From a virus: a stretch of 64,000 nucleotides of DNA. The position numbers and the translations under genes were made by a program. This document shows, in pieces, positions 37,381 through 47,330 of this stretch; position 1 is the stretch's first letter; each line of letters begins with the position of its first letter. Under the pieces are notes generated by a model. The model did not search any database, was not told where the DNA came from, and saw only the letters and a program-made list of their open reading frames with translations. The stretch is from the IMG/VR virus record IMGVR_UViG_3300044625_000894, positions 6,641 to 70,640 of that record. One strand, 5' to 3'.

Positions 37381-37872
37381 TCATTTACCTCTAAAATAGA
37401 AGAATAAATCCCTGTGTGTTACTTTTTTGGAATTAAGTTTAGTCCAATTTTCGTCTTTTTCTTGAATCGCAGCAGTAAGCCATTCGTAAATTTTAAGTCG
37501 TTTTTTACGATTAAAAATATTATATTTTACATTTGCATGACGAAAACATTCATTTAAAAATTCTTGACAAAATTCTGTATTAACTTGAATTGGATATTCC
37601 ACTACAGTTTTATGATTTTTATCAAAGTTTTTTTCTGCTGAAAAATTTATATTAATTCCATCGTTATAAAAAACTTTAGCTTGTTTAAATTTTTTATCTC
37701 TAAACTTTACGCATATATGTGAATACGGAAGATTTCGCATTAAACGAACAATCCATGACAAAGGAGAAAATCCTTTATGTACACAAAATCCCAAAACAAA
37801 TATATCATCCATTGTAGATTTTCTGTATGTTTTGCTAGGCATTCTTAAAATGTTATTATTGTGTTTAGCCAT
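37381..37872 (-). CDS. permuted papain-like (NlpC/P60, YiiX-like) protein, catalytic Cys apparently lost
   Basis: SPLSWIVR...PYSHICV N-terminal motif; no C-terminal CSE. Confidence 0.5.
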   Translation of the reverse strand: MAKHNNNILRMPSKTYRKSTMDDIFVLGFCVHKGFSPLSWIVRLMRNLPYSHICVKFRDKKFKQAKVFYNDGININFSAEKNFDKNHKTVVEYPIQVNTEFCQEFLNECFRHANVKYNIFNRKKRLKIYEWLTAAIQEKDENWTKLNSKKVTHRDLFFYFRGK

Positions 37873-37873
37873 A

Positions 37874-39274
37874 CTATGCTAATACTCCAAGCCTTACTAT
37901 TTGTGATCTATAGTCAACATAGTTTTCACCATTTACATTAACCACTCTAGCTTTAGGTGTATTTGTATATGAATTACTTCCTTCATAAATAACAGATCCT
38001 ATAGCCACAAATTCGGTAACAGGTAATCCGGTAATTAATTGTAGTTCTGTTGATGCTGCTGATCTTGCGCTAGATTTATCGTTATATTCCGCTTGTCCTA
38101 AAATACAAATAAATGGAGTACTAATGTCATTAGTTGCAAATACATGCATCAGCATAAATTTATTGTTTTGTACTTCTACTAAACTCCATGAACCTGCGGT
38201 ATTTAAATTATATGCAGGACGTGTCCCAGTATAACCAGCAGTTCCATTGTATATTAAAGGAAATGCATCAGCAGATTTTTTCTTCCAAGCAGTTCCTGAT
38301 CTATATAATACAGGGAATTGAGTTTGAGCTAAAATATCAAATTGAATATCTTCATCCCAAATTAAACCTGATGAAGCAGTAAATTGCGCATCAGCATTAG
38401 CATTTCCAGCATTAATTGTAAAATTAGTTAATCCGCAACCATTACCAAATGCCGCACCTCTTGTTGTATGTAAATATGCATGCGTTTTTCCGTCCATGGT
38501 AATTCCATGTCGTTCATCACCAAATGTAACAATTTTTTGAACACCAGTTCCTGTAGAATCCCAATAAATAAATGCGCAATAAGCAAGAGATGCAATTAAT
38601 GTCGCATCAAATGTCGTTGTATATGTAAGATTTGCTGATCCATCAATATAAAAAAAGTAGTTTCCAGTGGTATTCGGGATGGTTACACTTTTACTTGTTG
38701 TAATAGTTAATTTATTTGATGCTACATAAATCCCATAACTGGAAGAAACTGGAGCAATAGTAAAGGTTCTAGTGTTGTGATCAAATGACATTGTTGAATC
38801 AGTTCTATTGATAAACCCATTTGGTTCTTTCATATCAATAAAAGCTGTGGACAATACTCCAATAGAATTTGAAACAGCAAGAGTGGTAGGATAAGTAGTG
38901 TTATTTGGAGAATTAAGATTTGTTACCTTATTGATAACATCTTCTTTTAAATTTAGAGCAGATTGTGTTGCATTAGAAATAGGTTTATTTAAGTCTGATG
39001 TATTATCAACATTTCCAAGGCCGACTTGAGCTTTTGTATAATCACCAGCTTGTGCAACAACATCTCCCACTCTTCCAAAAACAGATGTCACTAAATCAGA
39101 AACCGCCGGTTGACTAATCAAAATCCAAGATGAAGCAGCTTCGTCGTAAGAATAAAGAGAATGTGTATCTAATTGTTCTACAATGTCGCCATCAGAAGGA
39201 GCTAATGCTAAACGTTCTTCCGCAGTTTGTACCTTCTTTATTCCTTCATCTCGAATGTTTTTAAAGCTATCCAT
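37874..39274 (-). CDS. fibre protein
   Basis: VTSVFGRVGDV and VGLGNVDNTSDLNKPISNATQSAL phage fibre repeats. Confidence 0.7.
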   Translation of the reverse strand: MDSFKNIRDEGIKKVQTAEERLALAPSDGDIVEQLDTHSLYSYDEAASSWILISQPAVSDLVTSVFGRVGDVVAQAGDYTKAQVGLGNVDNTSDLNKPISNATQSALNLKEDVINKVTNLNSPNNTTYPTTLAVSNSIGVLSTAFIDMKEPNGFINRTDSTMSFDHNTRTFTIAPVSSSYGIYVASNKLTITTSKSVTIPNTTGNYFFYIDGSANLTYTTTFDATLIASLAYCAFIYWDSTGTGVQKIVTFGDERHGITMDGKTHAYLHTTRGAAFGNGCGLTNFTINAGNANADAQFTASSGLIWDEDIQFDILAQTQFPVLYRSGTAWKKKSADAFPLIYNGTAGYTGTRPAYNLNTAGSWSLVEVQNNKFMLMHVFATNDISTPFICILGQAEYNDKSSARSAASTELQLITGLPVTEFVAIGSVIYEGSNSYTNTPKARVVNVNGENYVDYRSQIVRLGVLA

Positions 39275-39615
39275 TAGATAACCTTTCCGTTAATAGATAC
39301 GGTTAAATTCCCAGATCCAGAAACGCAAGTATATGCAACTTTAACAAATCCATAACCAGCTTTTTCTACATTTAAAATTCTTCCCCCAGTAGATCCTGTT
39401 GGAATAAATGCATCAATTTTAACAAATTCTTCTTCTAAACTGTTAGACCCATAAAGAGTAATTAATGGCGTTACCGCAGAAAATCCTGTCCAAGTAGATT
39501 GTAAACAATAAAGAGAAATCTCTTGGATGCTAATTGCATCAGATTGCACAGAAGCACCTGCACTTACATTATTCAAAAGTTTAACATTTAATTTATTTAC
39601 AATAAAATCTTGCAT
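39274..39615 (-). CDS. putative virion protein
   Basis: 113 aa beta-rich ORF coupled to the fibre gene. Confidence 0.6.
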   Translation of the reverse strand: MQDFIVNKLNVKLLNNVSAGASVQSDAISIQEISLYCLQSTWTGFSAVTPLITLYGSNSLEEEFVKIDAFIPTGSTGGRILNVEKAGYGFVKVAYTCVSGSGNLTVSINGKVI

Positions 39616-39625
39616 ATATTACTCT

Positions 39626-41893
39626 TTACGCTTTAGTTACTAATACACGTTTGTTTGCGTCATCATAGGTTATGGTTGTTCCTGCACCTAAGTTGTTTGT
39701 CGCAAATGTTCCGTTTCTTGTTCCGGTGTATTCCATGATAGTATATGTTCCAGTTTGCGGAGCATATCCATTATGGTTTATAGATCCACCCAAAGATACA
39801 TCACCATTTACTATTAATTTGTTACAAACTCCTCCAGCTGCAAAATTGATATTAAGTTTTCCAGCATTAGTAAAATTACCCATAACAGTTCCAGTTGATG
39901 TTGTCGTAGGCGAACTAGATGCATGAACATAGACTCCATATGTCGTTCCGTTATTAGTTAATGCTCCACAAGTTCCTGTTAAGTTTAATCTTCCATTTGC
40001 GGCAGATATAGTTACTGCGCTATTTGCAATTGATCCGGATACATCCAATATTCCATTTTCTGCAACAGTTGGAGAAGTATATGTATTTGTTCCAGTTAAT
40101 TTTACAGTTCCGCTTAAAGATTTAAACGTCATGTTTTGTGGATTTGTTGCTCCGTTTGAAATAACGCCACTTACTGTTGCAGATCCTGTAGGGTTTGAAA
40201 CATAAAACACGGACCCAGCTTTTACATCTCCATCAGGATTTAAAACAATTGATCCTGTAAAGTTAGAGCCATTTGGCAAATATAACTGATTTAAACAACT
40301 TCCTCTAACTTTTAGCGTATGAGCGATGTTTCCGCCAGAATCATATCTTGCTACAGTATAATTTGCTAAAGCTAATGTTTGGTTTTCAGTTGAATCAGAA
40401 AAACTAATTTCTCCTCCATTCATTGCCGATGAGGTTAAATTTGCTGTAGTTCCTGATTTTATTACCAATTTACCTTCACCGGTAAAATTTAAACCCGATA
40501 TATTTCCAGTCATACCAGCCCCGCCTTGAACGCTTTGTAAATATATTTTTTTGGATACATTTCCAGTTATTGTTCCAGTCATTAGTGCTTGTACTGTAAA
40601 GTTATAAGATCCAACATCGCTAAATTCGATAGCATTTGGTATTGATGTTGCTGATCTAAGAACTCCAGAATTAGTAGAAGATCCATAAACTGATGACATT
40701 ACATCATTTTTATAAATGATTTTAGGACCATTTATTCCACCAAATTGTCCGGTATAAGAGTTAATTTCTCCTATTAAAACTTTTGAGAAAGTAAGAGTTC
40801 CACCCTGCCAAGTAGAAGCATTATTAAAATAAAATTTTGCAGTTTCGACCGTATTATCTATTACAATATTTTTATTACTAGCAGTTACTTTACCCGTAGT
40901 ACTGTTTGAACCAAAATTGTAATTAGACGTTCCTTTTATATTCAAATTCCCGTCAATAATAATTGGAGCTAATATTGGTGTATTTGCTTGAGATGATTCA
41001 ATTTTTGGTTCAGAACCACCAAGCGTTAATGATTTTGAATTTGAATTAGTAATAGTCCACTGAGTAGAAGGTGATGACAATGGAAATTTAAGGCTATTTA
41101 CAGTAACATCTGCATCAACAACAACAGAAGCACTTGCGGTTCCTGATATATTTTTATTTATACTAGCAACTGCAGTGGAAGAATTTGGTACAACTTGCGG
41201 ATTCCAATTTGATGCTAAATTCCAAATAGCATTATTTACACCTACCCAAGAAGTAGGAGCAACGTAAGTAATTGATAATTGATTTGAAGTGCTATTAGAT
41301 GATCCTGTTGCAGTAGTTACAGAATTTTCCGGAATAGTAATTTGAACTGTTCCGCCAGAAGTAGGAGTTACGGTAAATGTGTAAGCTGAACCTGATCCAG
41401 AAAGAGATGATGCTGTTCCGTTAGTAACTAAAATGTCCGAAATTTGAAGTCCTGTTACCGATTTATTAAATGTTGCTGTTACAATAAATGCGTTTGTTAC
41501 AAAGCTAGAACTTGTTGTTAAAACAACTTCTGCTAAACCCGCAGAACCAAGAACTAAATCCATCGATGAGGCATTTGGAATATTATCACGTTTAATTGAA
41601 ACTCTTGGAGTTCTTCCTTCTCCGGAAATAAAAATTCGATATAATTCATACAACTCACCATTCTGCATTCCAGAACGAACTTTAACGGTATCAGTTCCGG
41701 TAAATGAATCTTTAAATCCTGAAACAAATCGTTTAGCACTTAGATTGTGTTTATAAACAATACCCACCATATCCCAGTTAGCTTCATTAGATAAAATGAT
41801 GTGATTTACTACTTCCGGTAATAATTTCAATACTTCTTTATCAAGAGTTACTTGAATATCTTGTCCTGATTCATGACTTATAGTTACTAACAT
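39626..41893 (-). CDS. Ig-like domain plus autotransporter-passenger-like beta-helix adhesin
   Basis: VTATFNKSVTGL...YTFTVTP Big-like domain; WNLASNW and LTGTNTYTSPTVAENGILDV passenger-repeat motifs; ATG 41893 with GGGAG SD. Confidence 0.7.
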   Translation of the reverse strand: MLVTISHESGQDIQVTLDKEVLKLLPEVVNHIILSNEANWDMVGIVYKHNLSAKRFVSGFKDSFTGTDTVKVRSGMQNGELYELYRIFISGEGRTPRVSIKRDNIPNASSMDLVLGSAGLAEVVLTTSSSFVTNAFIVTATFNKSVTGLQISDILVTNGTASSLSGSGSAYTFTVTPTSGGTVQITIPENSVTTATGSSNSTSNQLSITYVAPTSWVGVNNAIWNLASNWNPQVVPNSSTAVASINKNISGTASASVVVDADVTVNSLKFPLSSPSTQWTITNSNSKSLTLGGSEPKIESSQANTPILAPIIIDGNLNIKGTSNYNFGSNSTTGKVTASNKNIVIDNTVETAKFYFNNASTWQGGTLTFSKVLIGEINSYTGQFGGINGPKIIYKNDVMSSVYGSSTNSGVLRSATSIPNAIEFSDVGSYNFTVQALMTGTITGNVSKKIYLQSVQGGAGMTGNISGLNFTGEGKLVIKSGTTANLTSSAMNGGEISFSDSTENQTLALANYTVARYDSGGNIAHTLKVRGSCLNQLYLPNGSNFTGSIVLNPDGDVKAGSVFYVSNPTGSATVSGVISNGATNPQNMTFKSLSGTVKLTGTNTYTSPTVAENGILDVSGSIANSAVTISAANGRLNLTGTCGALTNNGTTYGVYVHASSSPTTTSTGTVMGNFTNAGKLNINFAAGGVCNKLIVNGDVSLGGSINHNGYAPQTGTYTIMEYTGTRNGTFATNNLGAGTTITYDDANKRVLVTKA

Positions 41894-41922
41894 TGATATC
41901 TCCCATGGATTATTGTTATATA

Positions 41923-41932
41923 AAGTTGTTAA
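41923..41932 (-). promoter_or_regulatory. TTAACAACTT motif (putative late promoter)
   Basis: Fused to the terminator U-tract; 29 nt before ATG 41893. Confidence 0.65.
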
Positions 41933-41968
41933 AAAAAATTCGGGGCAGAAATTTCTTTCCACCCCGAA
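41931..41968 (-). terminator. intrinsic terminator
   Basis: TTCGGGGTGGAAA-GAAA-TTTCTGCCCCGAA (13 bp, GAAA loop) followed by T8. Confidence 0.85.
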
Positions 41969-42008
41969 CCTGATATTACCTATATCAAGGAATTGTCTTT
42001 AAAAACAA

Positions 42009-44216
42009 TTAGTACATGTATGTAACGCGGATGAAGTCACCGAGTTCGATAGCTTCGATTCCACCTACAGCAAACTCACCAGCCCAAGTAAGACGGGTTA
42101 CGCCATCTACTACGGAAACTGTGTAGTCTTCACCTTCGTGAACCGCAAGACGGTTAACAAATACTACAAGAGAGTTAGCTACTGGAGTTTGAGCAAGTTC
42201 TATGTAGCTCAATTCAGCGGTAACATCAATTTCAAAAGTTTCCTTACTGAAATCTTTATTTGCTGAAATTTGAGAATCAACATATGCCTTGTTTACTGCA
42301 TGAGTTCCTTCGGTTGGAACGAATGGAATTTCTTCTTCGTTTTCATCCACAGAAATCAATCTAATTGGTGAATATGCTTTTGATTCGCTTACAAACTTAA
42401 CAAACGCACTTTCTCCAGCAGTAAAAGAAATGTGACCTTCTGTTCCACCAGAACCAACATTGTTTGTTCCGTAGATAAAAACGTCACCGCCGCTATTGCC
42501 AATGTTAAATATATCATTTATTGCATTAACCCAAGTAGTAGTTTCACCTGCACCAATAAGACCAACATGTAAATGGCCTTTTTGGTCACTACCTTCATTT
42601 ACGCTAAATGCATAAGATGATAATTTTCCAACGTATTGAGTAGCTCCGCCTTCAGGAAGATAGCTAACCTTAACTTCGGTTGGGCTGATTTCTGCTTTTT
42701 GATCAACAGCTGGCAACAAAAGATTTTCATCTTGATCTAAAACTTCAGGATTTGAAAATCCGATGTAGACCAAATCTTTTTCAATTTTAGAAATATGGCT
42801 TTCAGTATATTCCGGCCAACCTTCGTTAGCGATAGCAATATCGGAAAGAACTTCATATTTGCTATAATTGATAGAAGCTGTATCTGATCCTGATTCAAAA
42901 ATAACTGAATGGGTATTTGCATCAATATCACCAGTCATTGCGCGTGAACCATCGTACTTGAAGAAATCAAGGTCGGCAGTTTCACGAGCAGTTACTTCTG
43001 CATCAATCGCACCTTGCAATAAACCTTCAGCAGCAAGAGCGCGAGTTTCTTCAGCATTAACATCAGCAATACGATCACTAACTTCTTGAGCAAGTGCTGC
43101 ATCATTTGACAAAACATAAGAAGCAAATGCGCTATCGTTAGTTGTATCAACAGAGTTGATCAACTGAACGATTTCAGCAAAGCTGTCTTTGTCTGCATCA
43201 GAAGCAAGAAGAATTGCATCAATACGACCTTTTTCAGTGTCGATTTGACCTTGAAGTCCAGTTTCAACAGAATCCAACTGACCCTTGTTTACTGCGTCAG
43301 TAGACATCATACCACTAGCAAGACCTTCGATCTTGTTAGAGTTCATCTGAAGATTACCGGTCATAGATTGAGTGCCATTCAAGAGAAGGGCTCTGTCTTC
43401 TAAGTTATCGGTATAATCTTTAGCTTCTTGAACTCCAGAATCTAATTGGCCTTTGTTTACCGCATCGGTAGACATCATGCCGCTAGCAAGACCTTCAATC
43501 TTATTGGAATTCATTTGAAGGTTGCCAGACATAGACTGAGAACCGTTCAAAAGAAGTGCACGATCTTCGAGGTCATCAGTGTAGTCTTTAGCCTCTTGTA
43601 CGCCGCTGTCTAACTGTCCTTTATTGACAGCTTCAGTGGACATCATACCTGCAGCAAGACCTTCGATCTTGTTGGAGTTCATTTGAAGAGCGCCCGTCAT
43701 TTGACGAGAACCGTTAAGTTTCAATAACGTTTCATCTTCTTGTGCACGAGCAGTTGCTTCATCAGAAATTTGACCTTGAACACTAACGATGGTCGTATTA
43801 GGAGCCATTCCAAGAGTCAAAGCATCAAAATCTTCACGAATATCTTGAGCGTAAGCATCTACATCAGATACTTGGCTGATAAGAGCATCAAGCGCAGTTT
43901 CTTCAGAAGCAAGTTTATCAGCAAGTTCTTTCAAAGTATCAAGAGCAGCCGGAGCGCCATTGATAAGATCAGAAATTGCAGTTTGAATTGCAGAGTTACG
44001 ATCGCTAATTTCTTGAGTAATCAATCCATTAACGAAATCGGTATCAGCAACTTCTTTATCATTGTAAATTTTTACTACGTTTTGTAGAACGTCAAATTTG
44101 AAAACATCAACGAGTTGTCCGCTTGAGTTTTCAGCTTTAATTGCTCCACCTTGTTCGATTTTAAATTTAGAAGAGTCAATGCCTTCCAAATATTTCTGCT
44201 TAATTAAATTAGCCAT
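42009..44216 (-). CDS. fibre protein with coiled coil and YadA-neck-like repeats
   Basis: APAALDTLKELA motif; 3x NKIEGLASG..STDAVNKGQLD. Confidence 0.75.
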   Translation of the reverse strand: MANLIKQKYLEGIDSSKFKIEQGGAIKAENSSGQLVDVFKFDVLQNVVKIYNDKEVADTDFVNGLITQEISDRNSAIQTAISDLINGAPAALDTLKELADKLASEETALDALISQVSDVDAYAQDIREDFDALTLGMAPNTTIVSVQGQISDEATARAQEDETLLKLNGSRQMTGALQMNSNKIEGLAAGMMSTEAVNKGQLDSGVQEAKDYTDDLEDRALLLNGSQSMSGNLQMNSNKIEGLASGMMSTDAVNKGQLDSGVQEAKDYTDNLEDRALLLNGTQSMTGNLQMNSNKIEGLASGMMSTDAVNKGQLDSVETGLQGQIDTEKGRIDAILLASDADKDSFAEIVQLINSVDTTNDSAFASYVLSNDAALAQEVSDRIADVNAEETRALAAEGLLQGAIDAEVTARETADLDFFKYDGSRAMTGDIDANTHSVIFESGSDTASINYSKYEVLSDIAIANEGWPEYTESHISKIEKDLVYIGFSNPEVLDQDENLLLPAVDQKAEISPTEVKVSYLPEGGATQYVGKLSSYAFSVNEGSDQKGHLHVGLIGAGETTTWVNAINDIFNIGNSGGDVFIYGTNNVGSGGTEGHISFTAGESAFVKFVSESKAYSPIRLISVDENEEEIPFVPTEGTHAVNKAYVDSQISANKDFSKETFEIDVTAELSYIELAQTPVANSLVVFVNRLAVHEGEDYTVSVVDGVTRLTWAGEFAVGGIEAIELGDFIRVTYMY
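43270..43730 (-). repeat. about three tandem 168-bp (56-aa) repeats within the fibre gene
   Basis: Equivalent cttc(g/a)atctt...ttcat.tgaag blocks at about 43325, 43493 and 43661. Confidence 0.85.
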
Positions 44217-44243
44217 TTTAGTTTCCCCTTTTTTTGTTTGTTA

Positions 44244-44675
44244 TTATTCGGTCTGATAATAGATAAGTAATGTATCATCAACTTCTAAAAACCCATCGAG
44301 AGTTAAACCATTCCAGATTAACTCTTGTCCAACAACTACAAACTCTATCCCATACCGTTGTAGCGCCCCGCCTTGCAGAGTCAACAAAGTTGATTCTGGA
44401 AATGAGGGTATATTACTTAATGTTACTTTTTTCTCCGCCACATGTTGAGTTGTTAATACAATTGTCTCAGAAATGGGAATATATTCTTTTTTATTCTTAA
44501 ATGATGTATAATCTTCTGAAGAAAGGGCGCCGGATGTATTTTCTGTTGCTAGAGCAAGAGAAATTGTGTTTCCAGAAATACTTAATCCGTTAGAAACAAC
44601 CGGATCGCTAGGAACTTGAACTGGATTACTATAATAATCTAAAGCTCCGGTTAACGGATTAAAACGAAATGGCAT
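44244..44675 (-). CDS. putative fibre-associated virion protein
   Basis: Shares motifs with 51555..55079 and with the C-terminus of 42009..44216. Confidence 0.6.
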   Translation of the reverse strand: MPFRFNPLTGALDYYSNPVQVPSDPVVSNGLSISGNTISLALATENTSGALSSEDYTSFKNKKEYIPISETIVLTTQHVAEKKVTLSNIPSFPESTLLTLQGGALQRYGIEFVVVGQELIWNGLTLDGFLEVDDTLLIYYQTE

Positions 44676-44676
44676 A

Positions 44677-45183
44677 TTATGTTCTCACTATGGAAACTAA
44701 ATTATTTTTTGTAGAATCTGAATATGTAACTGTAATTGTTGCAACTGTGGCACCACTTTTTTTATAGATATATTGTTCGGTGGTTTCATTCGGAGTTGAT
44801 GGGTAGATGGAATCATACTCATAAGGAACTAAAGTGTTGCGTTGAATTTGCATAGAGTTTCCGCTAGCATCAACTTTCATAACACGTTGGGTTCCGTTAA
44901 CATTTCCATTTTCAGTTCCAACAACTAAAATCGAATCTTTTTCTGCAGCATCAACTTTTACGTTCGCATCAATTGATCCATCGGTATTAATTTTTAAACT
45001 GTTGTCAGTTAATGGATCACGAATCGCAATGTCGGAATCATCAGCATTACTAATGAGTTCGGAAATTTCTGCAGTAACTTGGGCATCTACACGCAGACGA
45101 TCATTTACTTCAATAAATGTTCTTTGAAGTATTTGTTCCTGACTTAAATTACTAAAAGTATTATTTGGAATTCCCACAGCCAT
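44677..45183 (-). CDS. putative virion protein
   Basis: Paralogous to 55089..55358 at both ends. Confidence 0.6.
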   Translation of the reverse strand: MAVGIPNNTFSNLSQEQILQRTFIEVNDRLRVDAQVTAEISELISNADDSDIAIRDPLTDNSLKINTDGSIDANVKVDAAEKDSILVVGTENGNVNGTQRVMKVDASGNSMQIQRNTLVPYEYDSIYPSTPNETTEQYIYKKSGATVATITVTYSDSTKNNLVSIVRT

Positions 45184-45190
45184 ATATTCC

Positions 45191-45200
45191 TAGTTGTTAA
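45191..45200 (-). promoter_or_regulatory. TTAACAACTA motif (putative late promoter)
   Basis: Directly after the upstream stop; 7 nt before ATG 45183. Confidence 0.65.
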
Positions 45201-45638
45201 TTAAAATAGAATTGCTAGAGTTGTAAGTATTGATTGAATTATAATTAAAACCATTGCCCATTTAGGCATAACTTCTTTACTGATAATTTCTTTAACTTCA
45301 GCAGGAAGTGTAATTTTTTCATATTCTTTGATGATTATAGGAACTTCTATTTTTTCCACATGAATTTCTTTCACCAAAACAGGAACTTCTATTTTTTCAA
45401 TTTTTAATTCAGTTGAAATAATTGGAATTTGTTTTTCAATTTCCTTAATTTCAAGTTCCTTTACAATTACAGGTACTTCAATTTTTATTACTTCTGGAGG
45501 TGTAAACCCTCCTGTAGATACTTGCCCTATTTTAAATTCAGGCATTTCACCACCAACGATAATTACACGCTTTGCGTTATTTAATTCGTCATGCTCTGCG
45601 CTAACAATTTGGTTTGGATCTCTTAAAGTCATGCTCAT
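45201..45638 (-). CDS. protein with KIEVPVIVKE repeats and C-terminal TM helix
   Basis: Repeated I/V-E-V-P-x-x-x-K-E; hydrophobic C-terminus. Confidence 0.65.
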   Translation of the reverse strand: MSMTLRDPNQIVSAEHDELNNAKRVIIVGGEMPEFKIGQVSTGGFTPPEVIKIEVPVIVKELEIKEIEKQIPIISTELKIEKIEVPVLVKEIHVEKIEVPIIIKEYEKITLPAEVKEIISKEVMPKWAMVLIIIQSILTTLAILF

Positions 45639-45644
45639 ATACCT

Positions 45645-45654
45645 AAGTTGTTAA
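45645..45654 (-). promoter_or_regulatory. TTAACAACTT motif (putative late promoter)
   Basis: Directly after the upstream stop; 6 nt before ATG 45638. Confidence 0.65.
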
Positions 45655-46977
45655 TTAACCGTATGTATATGCGTAAATTGACCCTGCTTCAAACTTAACT
45701 TGAGCGGATGAACCGCCGTTGAATCGTTCATTGTGTATATAAAGCTGAGAAGATGTAGGCAGATTTGAGCTAGTTCCTGTTATTTTACCAGTAGCAACAA
45801 CATCTGCTACTAAAGCTTTTACTCTATAATAAACATCAAGACTTGCTGGAGGATTATAGAATTGAACCTGATAAATTTCTCCAGTATTTGTAATTGGAAA
45901 ATCTGATCCTAGACTTATTCTAGTAGTATTACCTGCGGTGTTTCCGTTATGATAAATACAAAAATTCGTATCTCCGGCATACGCATCATAAGCAAAAGCA
46001 AAAAAGTTAGTGAGGTTATTTACTATCTGGTTATTATTTGACGAACTGTTAATTGCTGTTGCTGAAGAAGAAGTATTTGCTCCAAAAAAATGTCTGGAGT
46101 TAGTAACGTTTGTTGCATCTGCAATTTGAAAAATTGTAGACATTTTAAATCCGCCACCTATGCAAAAATAAGTGGTTGCAGTTCTCATCCCCGTTGTAGA
46201 TCCAGCAGTAGATGTTGTGTTAAATGTAACGTGAGGAATTTTACCAATAGTAGTTGATCCACTAAAAGCATTAAGTGCAATAGTTCCTGTAGTTGCGGAT
46301 GTCATTCCATTAACACCACTCAAAGTAGATGACCCCATTGTTACTCGAATAGAATATTCGCTTTCAAATCCAGATAATTTATTATCAAGTTGGGTTTGAA
46401 TACTAGAAGTTGCGTCTAAATATCCAAGAGTTGTATTTGATACAGAAGAAACTGACACTTTTCCTGAAGAATCAGAAACCAATACTTTTTCTGTTGAAAG
46501 ATTTAAAGAAACGATAGAAGAAGCACCTCCTGTTATAGCAGATTGTGCCCTAGCATTAGTAAAGTATAAGTTAACCGAACCTTCTGTAACAGAATCCGTT
46601 GATCCCGGACTTGGAGAAATTTCTGTATATGTTGATCCAGACCACCGATAAATTTTATTTGAATCTAATGCAACATAAATAACACTAATTGATCCAGATT
46701 CGGGGAATGTTGAGGTAGACGAATATTCCAATACTTCATCAACATAACTTGGCAAATAAATAGATGATACTTTTGTATTGGAGTCTAGTGGAGCATATCC
46801 GTTTGCAACACCTTTATTAGCGGAATTTTCCGGAGTAAATAACGTACCCAAAGAATACCATGATCCATCAATATATACACGAATTTGATTTAATGTAGAA
46901 TCGTGATAAATCTGTCCATCTTTAGGAGAAGATGGTTGAGTTGTTGCTGGTAATACAATATTTCTAAATTTACTCAT
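45655..46977 (-). CDS. fibre protein
   Basis: NKGVANGYAPLD, LPSYVDEVLEY, EGSVNLYFTNARA and LGYLDATSSIQTQLD fibre motifs. Confidence 0.7.
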   Translation of the reverse strand: MSKFRNIVLPATTQPSSPKDGQIYHDSTLNQIRVYIDGSWYSLGTLFTPENSANKGVANGYAPLDSNTKVSSIYLPSYVDEVLEYSSTSTFPESGSISVIYVALDSNKIYRWSGSTYTEISPSPGSTDSVTEGSVNLYFTNARAQSAITGGASSIVSLNLSTEKVLVSDSSGKVSVSSVSNTTLGYLDATSSIQTQLDNKLSGFESEYSIRVTMGSSTLSGVNGMTSATTGTIALNAFSGSTTIGKIPHVTFNTTSTAGSTTGMRTATTYFCIGGGFKMSTIFQIADATNVTNSRHFFGANTSSSATAINSSSNNNQIVNNLTNFFAFAYDAYAGDTNFCIYHNGNTAGNTTRISLGSDFPITNTGEIYQVQFYNPPASLDVYYRVKALVADVVATGKITGTSSNLPTSSQLYIHNERFNGGSSAQVKFEAGSIYAYTYG

Positions 46978-46979
46978 AA

Positions 46980-47330
46980 TTATTTAATAATTGCTGCTCT
47001 AGCATTAGCTCGTGCTGTTTTAATTTCTAACGGACAAGGAATTCCTGCATCCATTTCACGAATAATATACCAATCAGTAGAATCAAGATATTCTTGAGCC
47101 TCTTTATTAATTTGTTCTTGTTGGAGTTGTTCAGTAATATCAGTAATTTCAATAGTATATTCCGCAGGAATAATAACTCCTGTTGGATTACCATTTTCAT
47201 CTAATTCAATTTGTTCCGGTTTTCCCCATAAATTATTTGAAACGCAATTAGCAATCCATTCCGTAGGATTTTCCATTTCTGCTCCATGCGTTTGAATACC
47301 GTTTTTATTTTTAATAATTACTTTTTTCAT
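46980..47330 (-). CDS. fibre assembly chaperone-like protein
   Basis: EAQEYLDSTDWYIIR...P..IKTARANAR pattern; follows a fibre gene. Confidence 0.55.
   Translation of the reverse strand: MKKVIIKNKNGIQTHGAEMENPTEWIANCVSNNLWGKPEQIELDENGNPTGVIIPAEYTIEITDITEQLQQEQINKEAQEYLDSTDWYIIREMDAGIPCPLEIKTARANARAAIIK

Noticed and set aside
44447-44456. TTAACAACTC variant (also 62375-62384)
   Set aside because: Inside coding sequence as Leu-Thr-Thr codons, last base off-consensus, far from starts; plausible by chance
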